64,000 nt of DNA from an uncultured Clostridia bacterium (GCA_944349925.1 CALVNT010000038.1:6197-70196); one strand, 5' to 3'; numbered from the stretch's first letter, positions 36,094 through 47,335 are shown. Notes: generated by a model from the sequence alone, not told the origin. Numbers and translations are program-made.

Positions 36094-37332
36094 TTATAAA
36101 TATTTTAATTTTTGTTCAATTGCTTTAATTAGAACTTTTTTCTCATTTTCAAGTTTACCTTCAAATACATCTGACAACAAACTTTCTAAAATTGCATTAT
36201 ATCTATAAGGTTTTACTGTTGGATAATTTTTCTTTATATCATCACCATTTACTTTTAAATCTTTAGCAGTGATAATCAATTTATGAGAAATAATATAACG
36301 ATAGAAAAACTCATATTTATTTGCAAGGTATTTAGATTTATGAATAAGAAGCTTATAAATTAAAGGGAAATTATCAAAATATTTAAAGAAATACTCTTTA
36401 TTTTGAAGTCTATTTAAAGCGTCATAATAGCCAGACAAAATATTGATATACTGTTGAGACATTTTTTTGTTAAGCCCAAAAGAATTTGTTAAAATTAAAT
36501 TAAGATAATATGATATGGAAATTGGCTTAACAGTATCAATCAAATCGATTAAAAAGCCTTGAGATTTATGTTCAACTTTCTTGACCATATTAAGTTTTAT
36601 TTTTGCACAATCAATACCGAAATTTTGCCATAATTTATACTTATTAAATTGTTTAAAAACCTTGAGATAAGCTTTTGGTTTTGAATAAAGAGGATAACGA
36701 GTGCCACTATGCAAAATGCAGGTTATTTCATGAATAACCCTCTCTCCCGAAATGTCTTTAACATTAGGAGAATATTTAATTGCAGAAGATAATGTTTGTT
36801 TATCAATTTTAAAGCCGAGTTCACATTCAAATCTAAACAATCTCAAAATTCTTAGACCATCATGAGCAAAAACAAAATCTGGAGTTTCAATAGTTTTTAA
36901 AATTTTATTTTTTATATCCTCTTTTCCACCATAAATATCAATAAATTTGTCTTGTTTTATATCATAATAAATACAATTACAAGTAAAATCTCGCCTTTTA
37001 GCATCTTCTGCTAAACTATCGATAAAAACCACTTTTTCAGGCAAATGAGCCCCGCCTTCTTTATAGAACTCTTTTCTGAAAGTGGAATATTCAAATTTTT
37101 CATTTTTAAAGGTTATAATTGCTGTGCCCACAAATTTGTTTTTTATCTTAACATCAAAATTTGTCTCTTCCAGCAATTTTGCTAAAGTATCTACTTCTAG
37201 CGGGCCACAAATATCAATATCGTCACCTTTTATCCCCAAAATACTGTTTCGAATATAACCTCCTACAACATAAAGAGGCGCATTCAAAATTTTTGCTAAA
37301 GATATTAGGGATTTAGGAATGTTTAATAACAT
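36094..37332 (-). CDS. cca: CCA-adding tRNA nucleotidyltransferase / poly(A) polymerase family
   Basis: 412 aa. LYVVGGYIRNSILGIKGDDIDICG and RRDFTCNCIYYD. Confidence 0.85.
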   Translation of the reverse strand: MLLNIPKSLISLAKILNAPLYVVGGYIRNSILGIKGDDIDICGPLEVDTLAKLLEETNFDVKIKNKFVGTAIITFKNEKFEYSTFRKEFYKEGGAHLPEKVVFIDSLAEDAKRRDFTCNCIYYDIKQDKFIDIYGGKEDIKNKILKTIETPDFVFAHDGLRILRLFRFECELGFKIDKQTLSSAIKYSPNVKDISGERVIHEITCILHSGTRYPLYSKPKAYLKVFKQFNKYKLWQNFGIDCAKIKLNMVKKVEHKSQGFLIDLIDTVKPISISYYLNLILTNSFGLNKKMSQQYINILSGYYDALNRLQNKEYFFKYFDNFPLIYKLLIHKSKYLANKYEFFYRYIISHKLIITAKDLKVNGDDIKKNYPTVKPYRYNAILESLLSDVFEGKLENEKKVLIKAIEQKLKYL

Positions 37333-37399
37333 CAGTTTTTCTCCTTTTAAAATATACTACAATTTTTAGGCAATAAAGTCAAATCTATTACGAATAAAG

Positions 37400-37428
37400 T
37401 TGACATTTTATAGTAACAATTATATAAT
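37400..37428 (+). promoter_or_regulatory. SigA-type promoter TTGACA-17-TATAAT
   Basis: TTGACA at 37400-37405 and TATAAT at 37423-37428, upstream of the P-type ATPase. Confidence 0.55.
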
Positions 37429-37456
37429 AAATATTGTATTTAATTGTATATAATAG

Positions 37457-40066
37457 ATGGGGAAAATGGATAAAAAAGATAATTTAGTTAAAATGGCAAA
37501 TAACAACGATTCACAAAAAAGTGAACTTTTTTTGCATGAAAACATTATAAAAAATAGAAACAAAATTGCACGAGCAAAGAACAAATTTAATTTTAAAATA
37601 TTAAAGAATTTTAAAAATAAAACTTTTGCTGAAAAATTATTAAAGTCATTTAGCTTTAAAAACAAAAAACAATCGACTTTAAAACCTATAATCAGATTTA
37701 ACCCATCTGTCGAAACCGGACTCAGCGAAGATGAAGTTAAGCAAAGAACCGCTGATAAACTGACAAATCATACAAAAGTTAAAGCTTCAAAAACATATTT
37801 TTCTATATTTGTCAAAAACATATTTACTTTTTTCAATATGTTATGGCTTCTTATCGCAATTGCACTGTTATGCGTCGGATCATATAGCGATTTGTTATTC
37901 ATGTTTGTTATTATTGCAAACACATCAATAGCAATTATACAAGAAATCAGAGCAAAAATAACTGTTGAAAAATTATCAATGGTTACAACCCCGCAAATCA
38001 AAACTTTGCGTGATGGAAAAACTATCTTTATCCCCGCTGACAAGCTTGTGCTTGATGATGTTATAATTCTTACAAGTGGAAACCAAATTCCAACAGACTG
38101 TATTATTTTAGATGGCAAAGTGGAAGTTAATGAAAGTTTGCTGACTGGAGAATCGAACGCAATAGAGAAATCAATCAATTCACATTTATTGTCTGGAAGC
38201 TTTATTGTCTCCGGTGAGTGTTATGCAAAGGTAGACCGAGTAGGAAAAGATAACTATATTGAACAAATGGCTCAAAAAGCAAAAGAATTTAAAGCTCCGG
38301 CATCAAATTTGTTTAAAGATTTAAATAGGCTTATAAAGTATATTGGCATAGCACTAGTTCCAATAGGAGTTTTAACATTTTTTAAAGAGTACTCTTTAGG
38401 AGGCACTTTGCAATCGCAAATCACAAACACTAGTGGAGCTCTTACCAGCATGATACCTGCAGGAATGTTTCTCTTAATCACAATTGCTTTGGCTGTAGGA
38501 GTAGTTAAACTAGCTAAAAAGAACACTTTGGTTAGAGACCTATATTCTATTGAAATGCTTGCAAGAACAAATGTTTTATGCCTAGACAAAACGGGTACGA
38601 TAACAGATGGGACAATGAAAGTGGTAGATTTTATAACCTTTTCAAATAAGCGTACCGCCAATATAAAAAAAATATTATCAAATATTTTGAATGTACAAAA
38701 AACATCAAATTCAACTTCAAACGCAATGATAGAAGAATTTGGAAAAAATGGTGAATGGAAAGCAATAAATGTAGTTGAATTTTCATCAGAGCGCAAATAT
38801 TCATTAACTCAATTTGAAAATAAAAAAATTTATTTTTTAGGAGCAGTAACACGAATCGGTTGCAAACTAACCGAACAACAAAAAGATTTGATTGACCAGT
38901 GTCAAAATAAAGGTTTAAGAATAATTGCCTTGTCAGAAACTCAAGGCGAATTTAGAAAAGATCTTTCTGGTCAAGAATCCACACTTCTTGCTTTTGTGAT
39001 TTTAGAAGAACATATACGAGAAGATGCAATTGAAACAATTCAATGGTTTAAAGACAATGGTGTAGAAATAAAAATTATTTCTGGAGACTCCCCTGCAACA
39101 GTTTCTAAAATTGCACAAAGAGTTGGGGTTGAAAACAGCGATAAATATGTTTCACTCGAAGGATTGTCAACAAAAGAAGTTGAACAAATGGCAGATAAAT
39201 TTACCGTTTTTGGACGCGTAACACCAGAGCAAAAATATACAATTATAAAAGCCTTAAAAAATAAAGGCAAGGTAGTAGCAATGACAGGTGATGGTGTAAA
39301 TGATACATTAGCCCTAAAAGAAGCTGATTGCTCAATAGCTATGGCAGACGGAAGTGAAGTCGCAAGAAGTATATCAAAATTAGTATTATTAAAATCAAAC
39401 TTTTCATCTCTACCAAATGTTGTCAAAGAAGGAAGACAGGTTATAAATAATGTACAAAATTCATCATCTTTGTTTCTTATGAAAACGTTGTTTGCCATCA
39501 CACTGACAGTTATAACATTATTTTTACAACTTGCCTACCCTTTTACACCAAAAGATATGTTGCTTCTAGAATCATTTGTAATAGGTATTCCTTCATTTAT
39601 TTTGACATTTGAACCAAATACTCGAAAAATTATAGGTAATTTTATACCGCAGGTATTTAAACGAGCTATACCTAGAGCGCTTTTAATGCTGTTAAATATA
39701 TTCATTGTTATGATACTATATTACACACAATCTACGGTTGTATTATCAGGCGTAGAGTACAAATCACTATGCGTTTTGATTTTGACATATACAGGTTTTT
39801 TAAATCTTGTTACACTTTGTATCCCAATAAGCCTTGTAAGAGGTTTCGCAATGGGAATTTCATTTGTGGGTATAACTTCTTTAATTTGTGCAATTCCTAA
39901 ATTATTCTCAATTGGAGAAGGGACTTTTACCGTTATTATGACTTTCTTTACCATCATAATTGTTTCGATAATAATCATTATTTTGATCAAACTAAATAGA
40001 CGGAGAATAGAACTTTTGCGAGATAAAATAATCAAATTGCTTCAGCGCGACGAAAACTCAGATTAA
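37457..40066 (+). CDS. Cation-transporting P-type (E1-E2) ATPase
   Basis: 869 aa. LTGESNA, CLDKTGTITDG, MTGDGVNDTLALKEADCSIAM. The exact start is uncertain (ATGs at 37457, 37466 and 37493). Confidence 0.9.
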   Translation: MGKMDKKDNLVKMANNNDSQKSELFLHENIIKNRNKIARAKNKFNFKILKNFKNKTFAEKLLKSFSFKNKKQSTLKPIIRFNPSVETGLSEDEVKQRTADKLTNHTKVKASKTYFSIFVKNIFTFFNMLWLLIAIALLCVGSYSDLLFMFVIIANTSIAIIQEIRAKITVEKLSMVTTPQIKTLRDGKTIFIPADKLVLDDVIILTSGNQIPTDCIILDGKVEVNESLLTGESNAIEKSINSHLLSGSFIVSGECYAKVDRVGKDNYIEQMAQKAKEFKAPASNLFKDLNRLIKYIGIALVPIGVLTFFKEYSLGGTLQSQITNTSGALTSMIPAGMFLLITIALAVGVVKLAKKNTLVRDLYSIEMLARTNVLCLDKTGTITDGTMKVVDFITFSNKRTANIKKILSNILNVQKTSNSTSNAMIEEFGKNGEWKAINVVEFSSERKYSLTQFENKKIYFLGAVTRIGCKLTEQQKDLIDQCQNKGLRIIALSETQGEFRKDLSGQESTLLAFVILEEHIREDAIETIQWFKDNGVEIKIISGDSPATVSKIAQRVGVENSDKYVSLEGLSTKEVEQMADKFTVFGRVTPEQKYTIIKALKNKGKVVAMTGDGVNDTLALKEADCSIAMADGSEVARSISKLVLLKSNFSSLPNVVKEGRQVINNVQNSSSLFLMKTLFAITLTVITLFLQLAYPFTPKDMLLLESFVIGIPSFILTFEPNTRKIIGNFIPQVFKRAIPRALLMLLNIFIVMILYYTQSTVVLSGVEYKSLCVLILTYTGFLNLVTLCIPISLVRGFAMGISFVGITSLICAIPKLFSIGEGTFTVIMTFFTIIIVSIIIIILIKLNRRRIELLRDKIIKLLQRDENSD

Positions 40067-40276
40067 AAAATTTTGAACAATTTGCGGTAACAATTCAAAA
40101 TTTAAATAAAAAAATTAAATAAAATAAATTAAACGCAGATGTGAAAATATTTAAAATTTAATTTAAAAAATTTAATTTAAAAAAATAAAAAATTTATGCT
40201 AAAAACTATATTAAAAAAAATTTTAAAATAAAAATACTTTACAAAAAATTTTATCGTTAAAACATATCACAAAAAA

Positions 40277-40303
40277 ATCTTGCCAAAATAGCAAGATTTT
40301 TTT
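40277..40303. terminator. Bidirectional rho-independent terminator
   Basis: Stem atcttgc (40277-40283) / gcaagat (40291-40297) between an A7 run and a T7 run. Confidence 0.7.
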
Positions 40304-40314
40304 GATGAGTTTTA

Positions 40315-41004
40315 TTACATATTTGTTGCAAAATCATATAATGCATAAGATTGAGCTTCAATAGAAATTTTTATAATTCTAGGTGCGCTGAAAGCATATT
40401 CTGTTACACCAAAATAAAAATTGATTTCCGAGTTATTTGCGTCGCTTGATATAGTAAAGTAAACATCTTTATAGTAAACAGGAGTAGTAGATTCAAATTG
40501 ACACATAACCTGTGATCCATCTGAGTTGTATAAATATTGATTGTCAGAAAACTTTAAATGAACATAATTTGATCCAAGATAACTTGAAAGTGTGCTACTT
40601 GTGCCATAACCTACGCCATTTGAATAAGATTCATAAAATTTTGCACTCGAATCATTTGCTCCCGTTCCTAATCTTTGAACAGTATATCCATAATAGTTGC
40701 CGGTAAAAATAGATGTTAAAATAGAAGTACTAAGAGAGTTATTATAAATATTTATAAATTCATCGTAGTTTTGGTCGCCTTTTGCCATAGAAATTTCATC
40801 AGCTCTGCTGTCTACTTTAATTTCTACATATTCTGCAGTTGAGTCAAATTTCGGTTTTAGGTCAATCCTTAGACAAGCAAGCAAAATAATGGCAATAGCA
40901 AGAATAAGACAAACAGATAAAATAATCGAATTTGTTATAATTCTATTTTTCCGTTTTTTTGCTAAATATTGTTCATCAATTGATTGAATATTTTTTGTCG
41001 CCAT
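40315..41004 (-). CDS. Hypothetical signal-anchored protein downstream of ftsH
   Basis: 229 aa. TM segment IILSVCLILAIAIILLACL followed by a Ser/Tyr/Asn-rich ectodomain. Confidence 0.5.
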   Translation of the reverse strand: MATKNIQSIDEQYLAKKRKNRIITNSIILSVCLILAIAIILLACLRIDLKPKFDSTAEYVEIKVDSRADEISMAKGDQNYDEFINIYNNSLSTSILTSIFTGNYYGYTVQRLGTGANDSSAKFYESYSNGVGYGTSSTLSSYLGSNYVHLKFSDNQYLYNSDGSQVMCQFESTTPVYYKDVYFTISSDANNSEINFYFGVTEYAFSAPRIIKISIEAQSYALYDFATNM

Positions 41005-41012
41005 TATATCTC

Positions 41013-43355
41013 CTATTTTTTATCCTCATCTTTTTTCTTTTGAGTTTTTTCTTTTGCGTTTTGCTTTTTAGGGTTATCTTCTTTAGCTTTTCCGTCTAAA
41101 TCTGCTTTTGAATTTTTTGTTGAGACTTTTTGTTTTTCTTCTTCAGTTTTTTCTATAATCTTTACGTCAGATTTTTTTGCTTTATTGCTATCTTTATCAG
41201 AAACATTTTGATTGCTTTCTATAATTTTATCTAAAGTTTTCGCTTTTTTGGTAATTTCTTTTTCGTCCTTATTTATTTGGGGTTGGGCATCTTGCTGTGC
41301 CGTATATGCTTTTTTAATATTTTCATATTCTTCGGCTGTTATAATTCCTTGTTCAAGCAATCTTTGCCCTTCTTTCAATTTTGTTTCAATCGCTTTTGCA
41401 ATACGCTCTTTCTCAAGTTGTTTTCTATATTCTTCTTCTTTTTTCTTTTGCTCCGCATCTCTTATGTCCATGATTTTTGCAACTTCTTCCGCAGTTTTAC
41501 CTTGCAACAACAGATCAATTTCATCTTTATTGATGGTCTCATGGCTGAGGAGCAGAGATGACATTTCATCTAATAGTTTGCGGTTGTCAAGAAGAATTTT
41601 CTTTGCTCTTTTATAGTTATAATCTAAAATTTCACGAATTTCATCATCAGCTTGAGCGGCAAGTTTTTCAGAAAAATCTGATCGAGTTTGATAATCTCTA
41701 CCTATGAAAACTTGTTGGTCAGCAGATAATCCTAAAAAGCCAAGATTTTTGCTCATTCCCCAGTTGTATACCATTTTATGTGCAAGTTTGGTTGCCTGAC
41801 TAATATCGCTTGAAGCACCTGTTGTAATATCTTTAAATACAATCTCTTCTGCAATTCTTCCACCCATACACATAGCAATTTCGTCCATTAAATGATTGTA
41901 AGAAATAAATGAATTGTCGTTTTCCGGTCTTTGCATAGTGTAGCCACCTGCCATACCTCTTGGAATAATTGACACCTCTTGAATTTCGTCTGTGTTTGGC
42001 AATAGTTTTCCTAAAATCGCATGGCCAGATTCATGATAAGCCGTTATTTTTCTATCTTTTTCAGTAACCATTCTGCTCTTTTTCGCAGGACCCATTGTAA
42101 CCTTGTTTATACCCTCTTGGATATCAGTCATTGTAATCTTAGGTCTATTTGCTCTTGCTGCCAATATCGCAGCTTCGTTAAGCATGTTTTCAATATCAGC
42201 ACCGGTAAATCCCACCGTGATTTTTGCTAAAGTTTTAAAGTCCACATTTTCGTCGAGAGGTTTGTTTCTAGCATGAATTTTCAAAATGCCTTCTCTACCT
42301 CGTACATCTGGCACATTAACATAAACTTGACGGTCAAATCTTCCCGGTCTAAGCAGTGCAGGATCAAGAATATCACTTCTATTTGTTGCTGCTAAAACGA
42401 TTATGCCCTCGTTAGGTTCAAATCCGTCCATTTCAACAAGTAGTTGGTTTAATGTTTGTTCTCTTTCGTCATTGCCTCCGCCAAGGCCGGCACCTCTTTG
42501 TCTTCCAACAGCGTCAATTTCATCAATAAATACAATACATGGCTTATTTTTCTTTGCTTGCTCAAAAAGGTCTCTAACTCTCGAAGCTCCAACACCGACA
42601 AACATTTCAACAAAATCAGAACCACTTATAAAAACAAATGGAACATTAGCCTCGCCGGCAACTGCTCTAGCAAGCAAAGTTTTACCAGTTCCTGGAGGGC
42701 CTACAAGAAGCACTCCTTTAGGTATTCTTGCGCCTAATTGAGTAAACTTAGTTGGATTTTTCAAAAACTCTACAATTTCAGCAAGTTCTTCTTTTTCTTC
42801 GTCTGCACCTGCAACATCAGAAAATTTGACTCTGCTATTATATGAGCGTGCTTTGCTTTTACCAAATGACATTGCACCTTTGTTTGAAGAATTGATAAGT
42901 CTAAATATCATCCAAATAATAAAAATACCAAATCCGAGATATAAAATTGGGTACAATATATCCCAAAAATTTATACCTTGCACAGACGGAATAACTTTTA
43001 CTGTTGGGGCATTTTCGTTGACATATCTTAAAAACTCTTCAATTTGCCCATCAAAGGATTTAAAGTTTAAATAATAATCGCTATAATCAGGAAATGCGTC
43101 CTTATACTTTGATCCATCAACAAGGAAATAGATAGTATCGCTTGTATAATAAATAGAATCAACCTTTTCCGTTTCGCTTGTAACTTCATTTACATAAGTT
43201 CCGTCAACTAAGTCATAAGCTTGTGAAAAATTTTCTAGTTTTTGACCAGAATAACCAGTGTTTGTAAAAATTAAGATAATAACCAAAATAGCTATTAACA
43301 GTAAAAATAAGTAAGAGTAACGAAATTTTGGTTTATTGTTATTTGATTCGTTCAA
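41013..43355 (-). CDS. ftsH: ATP-dependent zinc metalloprotease FtsH with a long Lys/Glu-rich C-terminal extension
   Basis: 780 aa. [16 protein letters not shown], the HESGHA zinc motif. TTG start with AGGAGG RBS. Confidence 0.95.
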   Translation of the reverse strand: MNESNNNKPKFRYSYLFLLLIAILVIILIFTNTGYSGQKLENFSQAYDLVDGTYVNEVTSETEKVDSIYYTSDTIYFLVDGSKYKDAFPDYSDYYLNFKSFDGQIEEFLRYVNENAPTVKVIPSVQGINFWDILYPILYLGFGIFIIWMIFRLINSSNKGAMSFGKSKARSYNSRVKFSDVAGADEEKEELAEIVEFLKNPTKFTQLGARIPKGVLLVGPPGTGKTLLARAVAGEANVPFVFISGSDFVEMFVGVGASRVRDLFEQAKKNKPCIVFIDEIDAVGRQRGAGLGGGNDEREQTLNQLLVEMDGFEPNEGIIVLAATNRSDILDPALLRPGRFDRQVYVNVPDVRGREGILKIHARNKPLDENVDFKTLAKITVGFTGADIENMLNEAAILAARANRPKITMTDIQEGINKVTMGPAKKSRMVTEKDRKITAYHESGHAILGKLLPNTDEIQEVSIIPRGMAGGYTMQRPENDNSFISYNHLMDEIAMCMGGRIAEEIVFKDITTGASSDISQATKLAHKMVYNWGMSKNLGFLGLSADQQVFIGRDYQTRSDFSEKLAAQADDEIREILDYNYKRAKKILLDNRKLLDEMSSLLLSHETINKDEIDLLLQGKTAEEVAKIMDIRDAEQKKKEEEYRKQLEKERIAKAIETKLKEGQRLLEQGIITAEEYENIKKAYTAQQDAQPQINKDEKEITKKAKTLDKIIESNQNVSDKDSNKAKKSDVKIIEKTEEEKQKVSTKNSKADLDGKAKEDNPKKQNAKEKTQKKKDEDKK

Positions 43356-43482
43356 TTTTAGCCTCCTATCATAGTATAGTCATAGAGTATTCTATCATAA
43401 AATAAAAATTTTAACAAATGATAGCAAGGTTTTTTTTAAGATTTTTACAACATTTTTAATTTAAGACAATATCCAACAATTT

Positions 43483-44841
43483 TTATCCATCAGATTGAAT
43501 TTTAAAATTCATAACAAATACGATATTGTTTAAATAGTCATCTTTGTCGTCTAGATTATTTAAGAATTTTAAGAAATCTTTCCTGTTGCTTCTATAAAAT
43601 TTTTCGTATACACCAATAACATCAGCTTTGCTGTCTCTTAAAATTTTCAATGCCTTTACAAATTCATTTTTTAAAACATTTTGAATCTTAGCGTCAATTT
43701 CCTGAGTAATTTGTGTAAATTGACTTTCTTCTTTAAATTCTTCACCTTTTGTATCAATTTCCGACAGTTGAACCCCTAAATTAAGATTTATGATAAACAT
43801 AGGCACACCATTTTGAAAATCTGTTTTAATAGCTACTTGTTTATTTTTTATAGTAAAAGCCATATCAAACGCTTTATCTTGTTCATATTTTACATCAGTA
43901 ATTTTTATTGTATCAAACGACTTTTTATTTGTCAGAAGTTTTAAGCTGTTTATATTATCAATGTCAAGCATAGCGACTTTTTTGCCTTCTCTTAAAACCA
44001 CTGCCTCTCCAATATTTAATATCTCACTTTGGCCACTTATTGAGCCCCTTTGTTTGTCTTTTTCTGTCAAAGATTTTTGCTCACTTTGCGAAGAAGAATT
44101 GCTTTGCTTTACTGCACTTTGAGAACTTGAATTTTCATCTCCCCCGCTTTGTTCTCCGCTTGCCCCACCGCTTTGGCTTTCAGACTGAGAATTTGATTGA
44201 CTATTGTCTTGGCTACTAGTTTGATTTTGTTCATCTTCTTTGACATGCTCAATATAGCCGATTATAGAAGATTTTTGCGGGCTATAATAACCTCTATAAA
44301 ATGCTTCAAGAGAGGTGTCCATTGTATAAACTTCATTTGAGTTATAAGAAATAAGTTGATCAAGTTTAAGCCCCAAGTTTTCTTCAAGTGAACTTGTTGC
44401 AAGCAACAAGTCTTTAGCTGAAGAATTTGTGCAAATAAATACAGTATTTTCAGAAAGAGAAGCAATTCGGGACAAATAATCAAGAGAAGAAGTAATATCT
44501 TCTTCTAGCATTTTTTCGTTTACAACAGTTGTTTTTGCATGTGACAGCCCTATATTTTTACCCAAAGTTAACTGAGCATCAAACACGGCTTCCGAAATAG
44601 ATGATCCAATTCCAGAAATTACTGAATTAGACTCAGTAAATTCTTGATTTGGAGTAGGAATAAAAGTGAGAAGCGATATTTCGTATTTGTCCTCTATTTT
44701 ATCTAAACCTATTGCCAGCACAATCGCTCTCTTTCTGCTTTCTCCCGGGGAAAAAATCGCAAAAGGAGTAAAGAATAATAAAATTATAACCAAAACTAAA
44801 ATAAACGGATATTTTTTTATCCAATCATATATTTTTTTCAT
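43483..44841 (-). CDS. Ger(x)C-family spore germination protein (GerAC-like) without a lipobox Cys and with a Ser/Gln-rich insert
   Basis: 452 aa. RAIVLAIGLDKIEDKYEISL and its position as the third gene of the gerA-type operon. The N-terminus FFTPFAIFSPGES has no Cys. Confidence 0.7.
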   Translation of the reverse strand: MKKIYDWIKKYPFILVLVIILLFFTPFAIFSPGESRKRAIVLAIGLDKIEDKYEISLLTFIPTPNQEFTESNSVISGIGSSISEAVFDAQLTLGKNIGLSHAKTTVVNEKMLEEDITSSLDYLSRIASLSENTVFICTNSSAKDLLLATSSLEENLGLKLDQLISYNSNEVYTMDTSLEAFYRGYYSPQKSSIIGYIEHVKEDEQNQTSSQDNSQSNSQSESQSGGASGEQSGGDENSSSQSAVKQSNSSSQSEQKSLTEKDKQRGSISGQSEILNIGEAVVLREGKKVAMLDIDNINSLKLLTNKKSFDTIKITDVKYEQDKAFDMAFTIKNKQVAIKTDFQNGVPMFIINLNLGVQLSEIDTKGEEFKEESQFTQITQEIDAKIQNVLKNEFVKALKILRDSKADVIGVYEKFYRSNRKDFLKFLNNLDDKDDYLNNIVFVMNFKIQSDG

Positions 44842-45914
44842 TCTTTTAGCTCCTTTTTCTTTTTAAATAAACAGCATGCAATAATAATAGGAACAATAAA
44901 ATTGCTAAGCAACGAAAAATATGATAAATACTGTGTCGTAAGTTGAATCATAAGTTCATATTTGCCGATTAAAATAAAATAAATAACGAAAAAGAGTATG
45001 TCAAAAACTGCTATTGCATATTTGATTGAAAGTTTGTCAAATACCATAACAAAACTTTCACAAAAAGCATATTGAAAAATTTCAAGTTGAAATAGTCCTA
45101 AAGTCATAATTGTAAGCATTGCAACAATATCGAGCCTGCCTATAGCATTAAACTGAACAGAAAAAACAAGTAAATCTGCAAGTGCATTGTTATGCATAAA
45201 TGATGTAATTTGATATTTTGCATAAAAAATTGAAAAAATCATTAAAACTAAAATTATTGCAAAAAAAGCAAATGATAATATTTTTTTATAGTCTTTTTTC
45301 TCCAGTGAAATTTTATCTATAAACACAAATAAAACTAAATAATCACCAAATGAAAACAAATGAGTAAAGGCAGAATTAAACATTGCTCCCACATTCGCTG
45401 TGAAAAATACAGGAATGGAAATTTCTGTAAAAAATGCTATAGCAAGGCAAAAAATTACACCTGCTAAAATAAGATAATAAAAAAGTTCAAAAGTTCTTCC
45501 CATTGCTCTAAGTCCACAAACAACAGCATGGTTGACCACAGGCAAAAAGCAAACTAAAGCCAAAAAACCAAATTCATCTTGATAAACTAAATCTTTTAAA
45601 TATACATAAACTACCGAGTAAGTCAGTATTGTTTTAAAAAGGAAAAAAATTAAAAAAACAAATATTAAAACTTTAGATAAATATTTTCCTATACTTTTTT
45701 TTAAAATTTGTTGCAAATTTTGATAAGGATACCTCTTTTTTAAAGATAAAAATACCCAAAGAATGAAAAGTTCTAATGCAAATATGCCAAACATAACAAA
45801 AACTGCGTCTGCTTGTGATTTTTGATACATAATTGATGGCAAAAGAAGTATTTTATTTGCAAAAATTGTTAAAAAAATGATAATACCGGTTTGCCTTGCA
45901 CTTATAGTTTTCAT
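44838..45914 (-). CDS. Spore germination protein, GerAB-type permease subunit
   Basis: 358 aa with about 10 TM segments. Overlaps its neighbours by 4 nt on each side. Confidence 0.8.
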   Translation of the reverse strand: MKTISARQTGIIIFLTIFANKILLLPSIMYQKSQADAVFVMFGIFALELFILWVFLSLKKRYPYQNLQQILKKSIGKYLSKVLIFVFLIFFLFKTILTYSVVYVYLKDLVYQDEFGFLALVCFLPVVNHAVVCGLRAMGRTFELFYYLILAGVIFCLAIAFFTEISIPVFFTANVGAMFNSAFTHLFSFGDYLVLFVFIDKISLEKKDYKKILSFAFFAIILVLMIFSIFYAKYQITSFMHNNALADLLVFSVQFNAIGRLDIVAMLTIMTLGLFQLEIFQYAFCESFVMVFDKLSIKYAIAVFDILFFVIYFILIGKYELMIQLTTQYLSYFSLLSNFIVPIIIACCLFKKKKELKE

Positions 45915-47335
45915 TTTCCCTCCTTATTTATTGGGCCAGCAAAAGAAGATGGCGGCGATTTCATATCATTAGGAGGAACTTTAATAAGTCCATCTTGCAA
46001 ATCTTTTCTGATTCTTGGAGCGTAAGGAGCCATATAAGGCGTGTCGAAATCATTAAGAGTATTTAAATAATTTACAACATAAATAAAGCCACAAACTATG
46101 CCTAAAATACCTAAAGAGCCACCTAGAATAATAAAAATTATTTGCAAAACCGTGATTTGAGATTGTTGCTCAGGCACAGTGTAAAGTGCAATTTTAGCAA
46201 GAGCCGTAATAATTACTCCCGGCGGAGATATTAAACCTGCTTTAACACCAGTGTCACCAAGAATTAAAGCCCCAACAACTGAGGTTGCAAGTCCAAGATA
46301 ACTAGGAAGACGAAGACTGACTTCATACAAAATTTGGAAAAGTAAAAATATAAACAAAATCTCTAAAAATGGTGTAAAAGGCAACCCTTGCGTAGTATCT
46401 GCAATAGTTATTAAAAAATTCAATGGCAAAATGTTATAATGAAATAATTGAAGCGCGAGATAAAAACCCGGTGCAACAATTGCTATCAAAAGCCCAAGCA
46501 TTCTTATAAAACGAACTACACTCGAATAGTGGTGATTGGTGTAATAGTCATTGCTTGACTGCATATCTTCCATAAGGATAAAAGGAACAGTTAACACAAT
46601 TGGAGAATTATCTACAATAATTGCCACTTTGCCTTCTAACATCTTTGAAACTACAACATCTGGTTTTTCCGAATTTCCAATTTGTTTAAACAATGAATTG
46701 GGCCTTTTTTCTAGAAAAGAAAGTATGTAATATGAATCAACAATTCCATTAATTTTTATTTTAGAAATTTTATTTTTTATATGCTTGACAACCTTTTTGT
46801 CTGCCACTTTATCAATATAGGTCAATATAACTTTTGTTTGCGTAATTTGACCAACAAACATCGTTTCAAATACCAAATCTTTTGAATGAATACGACGACG
46901 AATGAGCGTCATGTTTGTTTTAAAATCTTCCACAAAGCCTTCTCTGGGGCCTTGAATAACAGGTGAAGTTGGAGGCTCGCTTGGAGTTCTTGTTGGATAA
47001 GAAGTAATATCAACTGAAATATAATCATTGAAAAAATCAGAAAAGACAACAACCTTTCCATCTAAAATATTTTTTATTATATCTTTACTCTCTATTTTTT
47101 CAATAACATTGTTTTTCAAGATCACATTTATAAGATTATCAGAACTAATTGTTTTAGCATAATTTTGAATAGGAAGATATATATTTTGTGAAAAAAGTAT
47201 TGGGTCTGACATACTTTTTAAAAAAACAAACCCGATTGTACCTTGATCACAAATGAAAATTCTACTTGCAAAATCATCACTGTCGTGAAATTGATTTTTA
47301 AAATTTTCAATTTTTTCTTCTACAATTTGCTTCAT
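45911..47335 (-). CDS. Spore germination protein, GerAA-type subunit
   Basis: 474 aa. SEPPTSPVIQGPREGFVEDFKTNMTLIRRRI and the C-terminal TM bundle. Confidence 0.85.
   Translation of the reverse strand: MKQIVEEKIENFKNQFHDSDDFASRIFICDQGTIGFVFLKSMSDPILFSQNIYLPIQNYAKTISSDNLINVILKNNVIEKIESKDIIKNILDGKVVVFSDFFNDYISVDITSYPTRTPSEPPTSPVIQGPREGFVEDFKTNMTLIRRRIHSKDLVFETMFVGQITQTKVILTYIDKVADKKVVKHIKNKISKIKINGIVDSYYILSFLEKRPNSLFKQIGNSEKPDVVVSKMLEGKVAIIVDNSPIVLTVPFILMEDMQSSNDYYTNHHYSSVVRFIRMLGLLIAIVAPGFYLALQLFHYNILPLNFLITIADTTQGLPFTPFLEILFIFLLFQILYEVSLRLPSYLGLATSVVGALILGDTGVKAGLISPPGVIITALAKIALYTVPEQQSQITVLQIIFIILGGSLGILGIVCGFIYVVNYLNTLNDFDTPYMAPYAPRIRKDLQDGLIKVPPNDMKSPPSSFAGPINKEGK

Noticed and set aside
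37420-40035. Minus-strand ORFs within or around the P-type ATPase gene (37420-37665, 37768-38178, 38272-38796, 38631-38852, 39040-39501, 39721-40035).
   Set aside because: All are antisense to a full-length ATPase with every catalytic motif in frame. They have no independent signals.
40067-40260. Short direct repeats in AT-rich spacers (aatttaatttaaaaa twice at about 40150-40185; similar patterns at 50524-50782, 56311-56700 and 62736-63064), checked as possible CRISPR arrays or iterons.
   Set aside because: There is no regular repeat-spacer periodicity. The repeats are low-complexity A/T strings expected by chance at this composition.
41212-43074. Plus-strand ORFs inside ftsH (41212-41616, 41277-41561, 42021-42230, 42403-42741, 42456-42737, 42826-43074).
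   Set aside because: They are antisense to the well-supported ftsH frame and have low-complexity translations.
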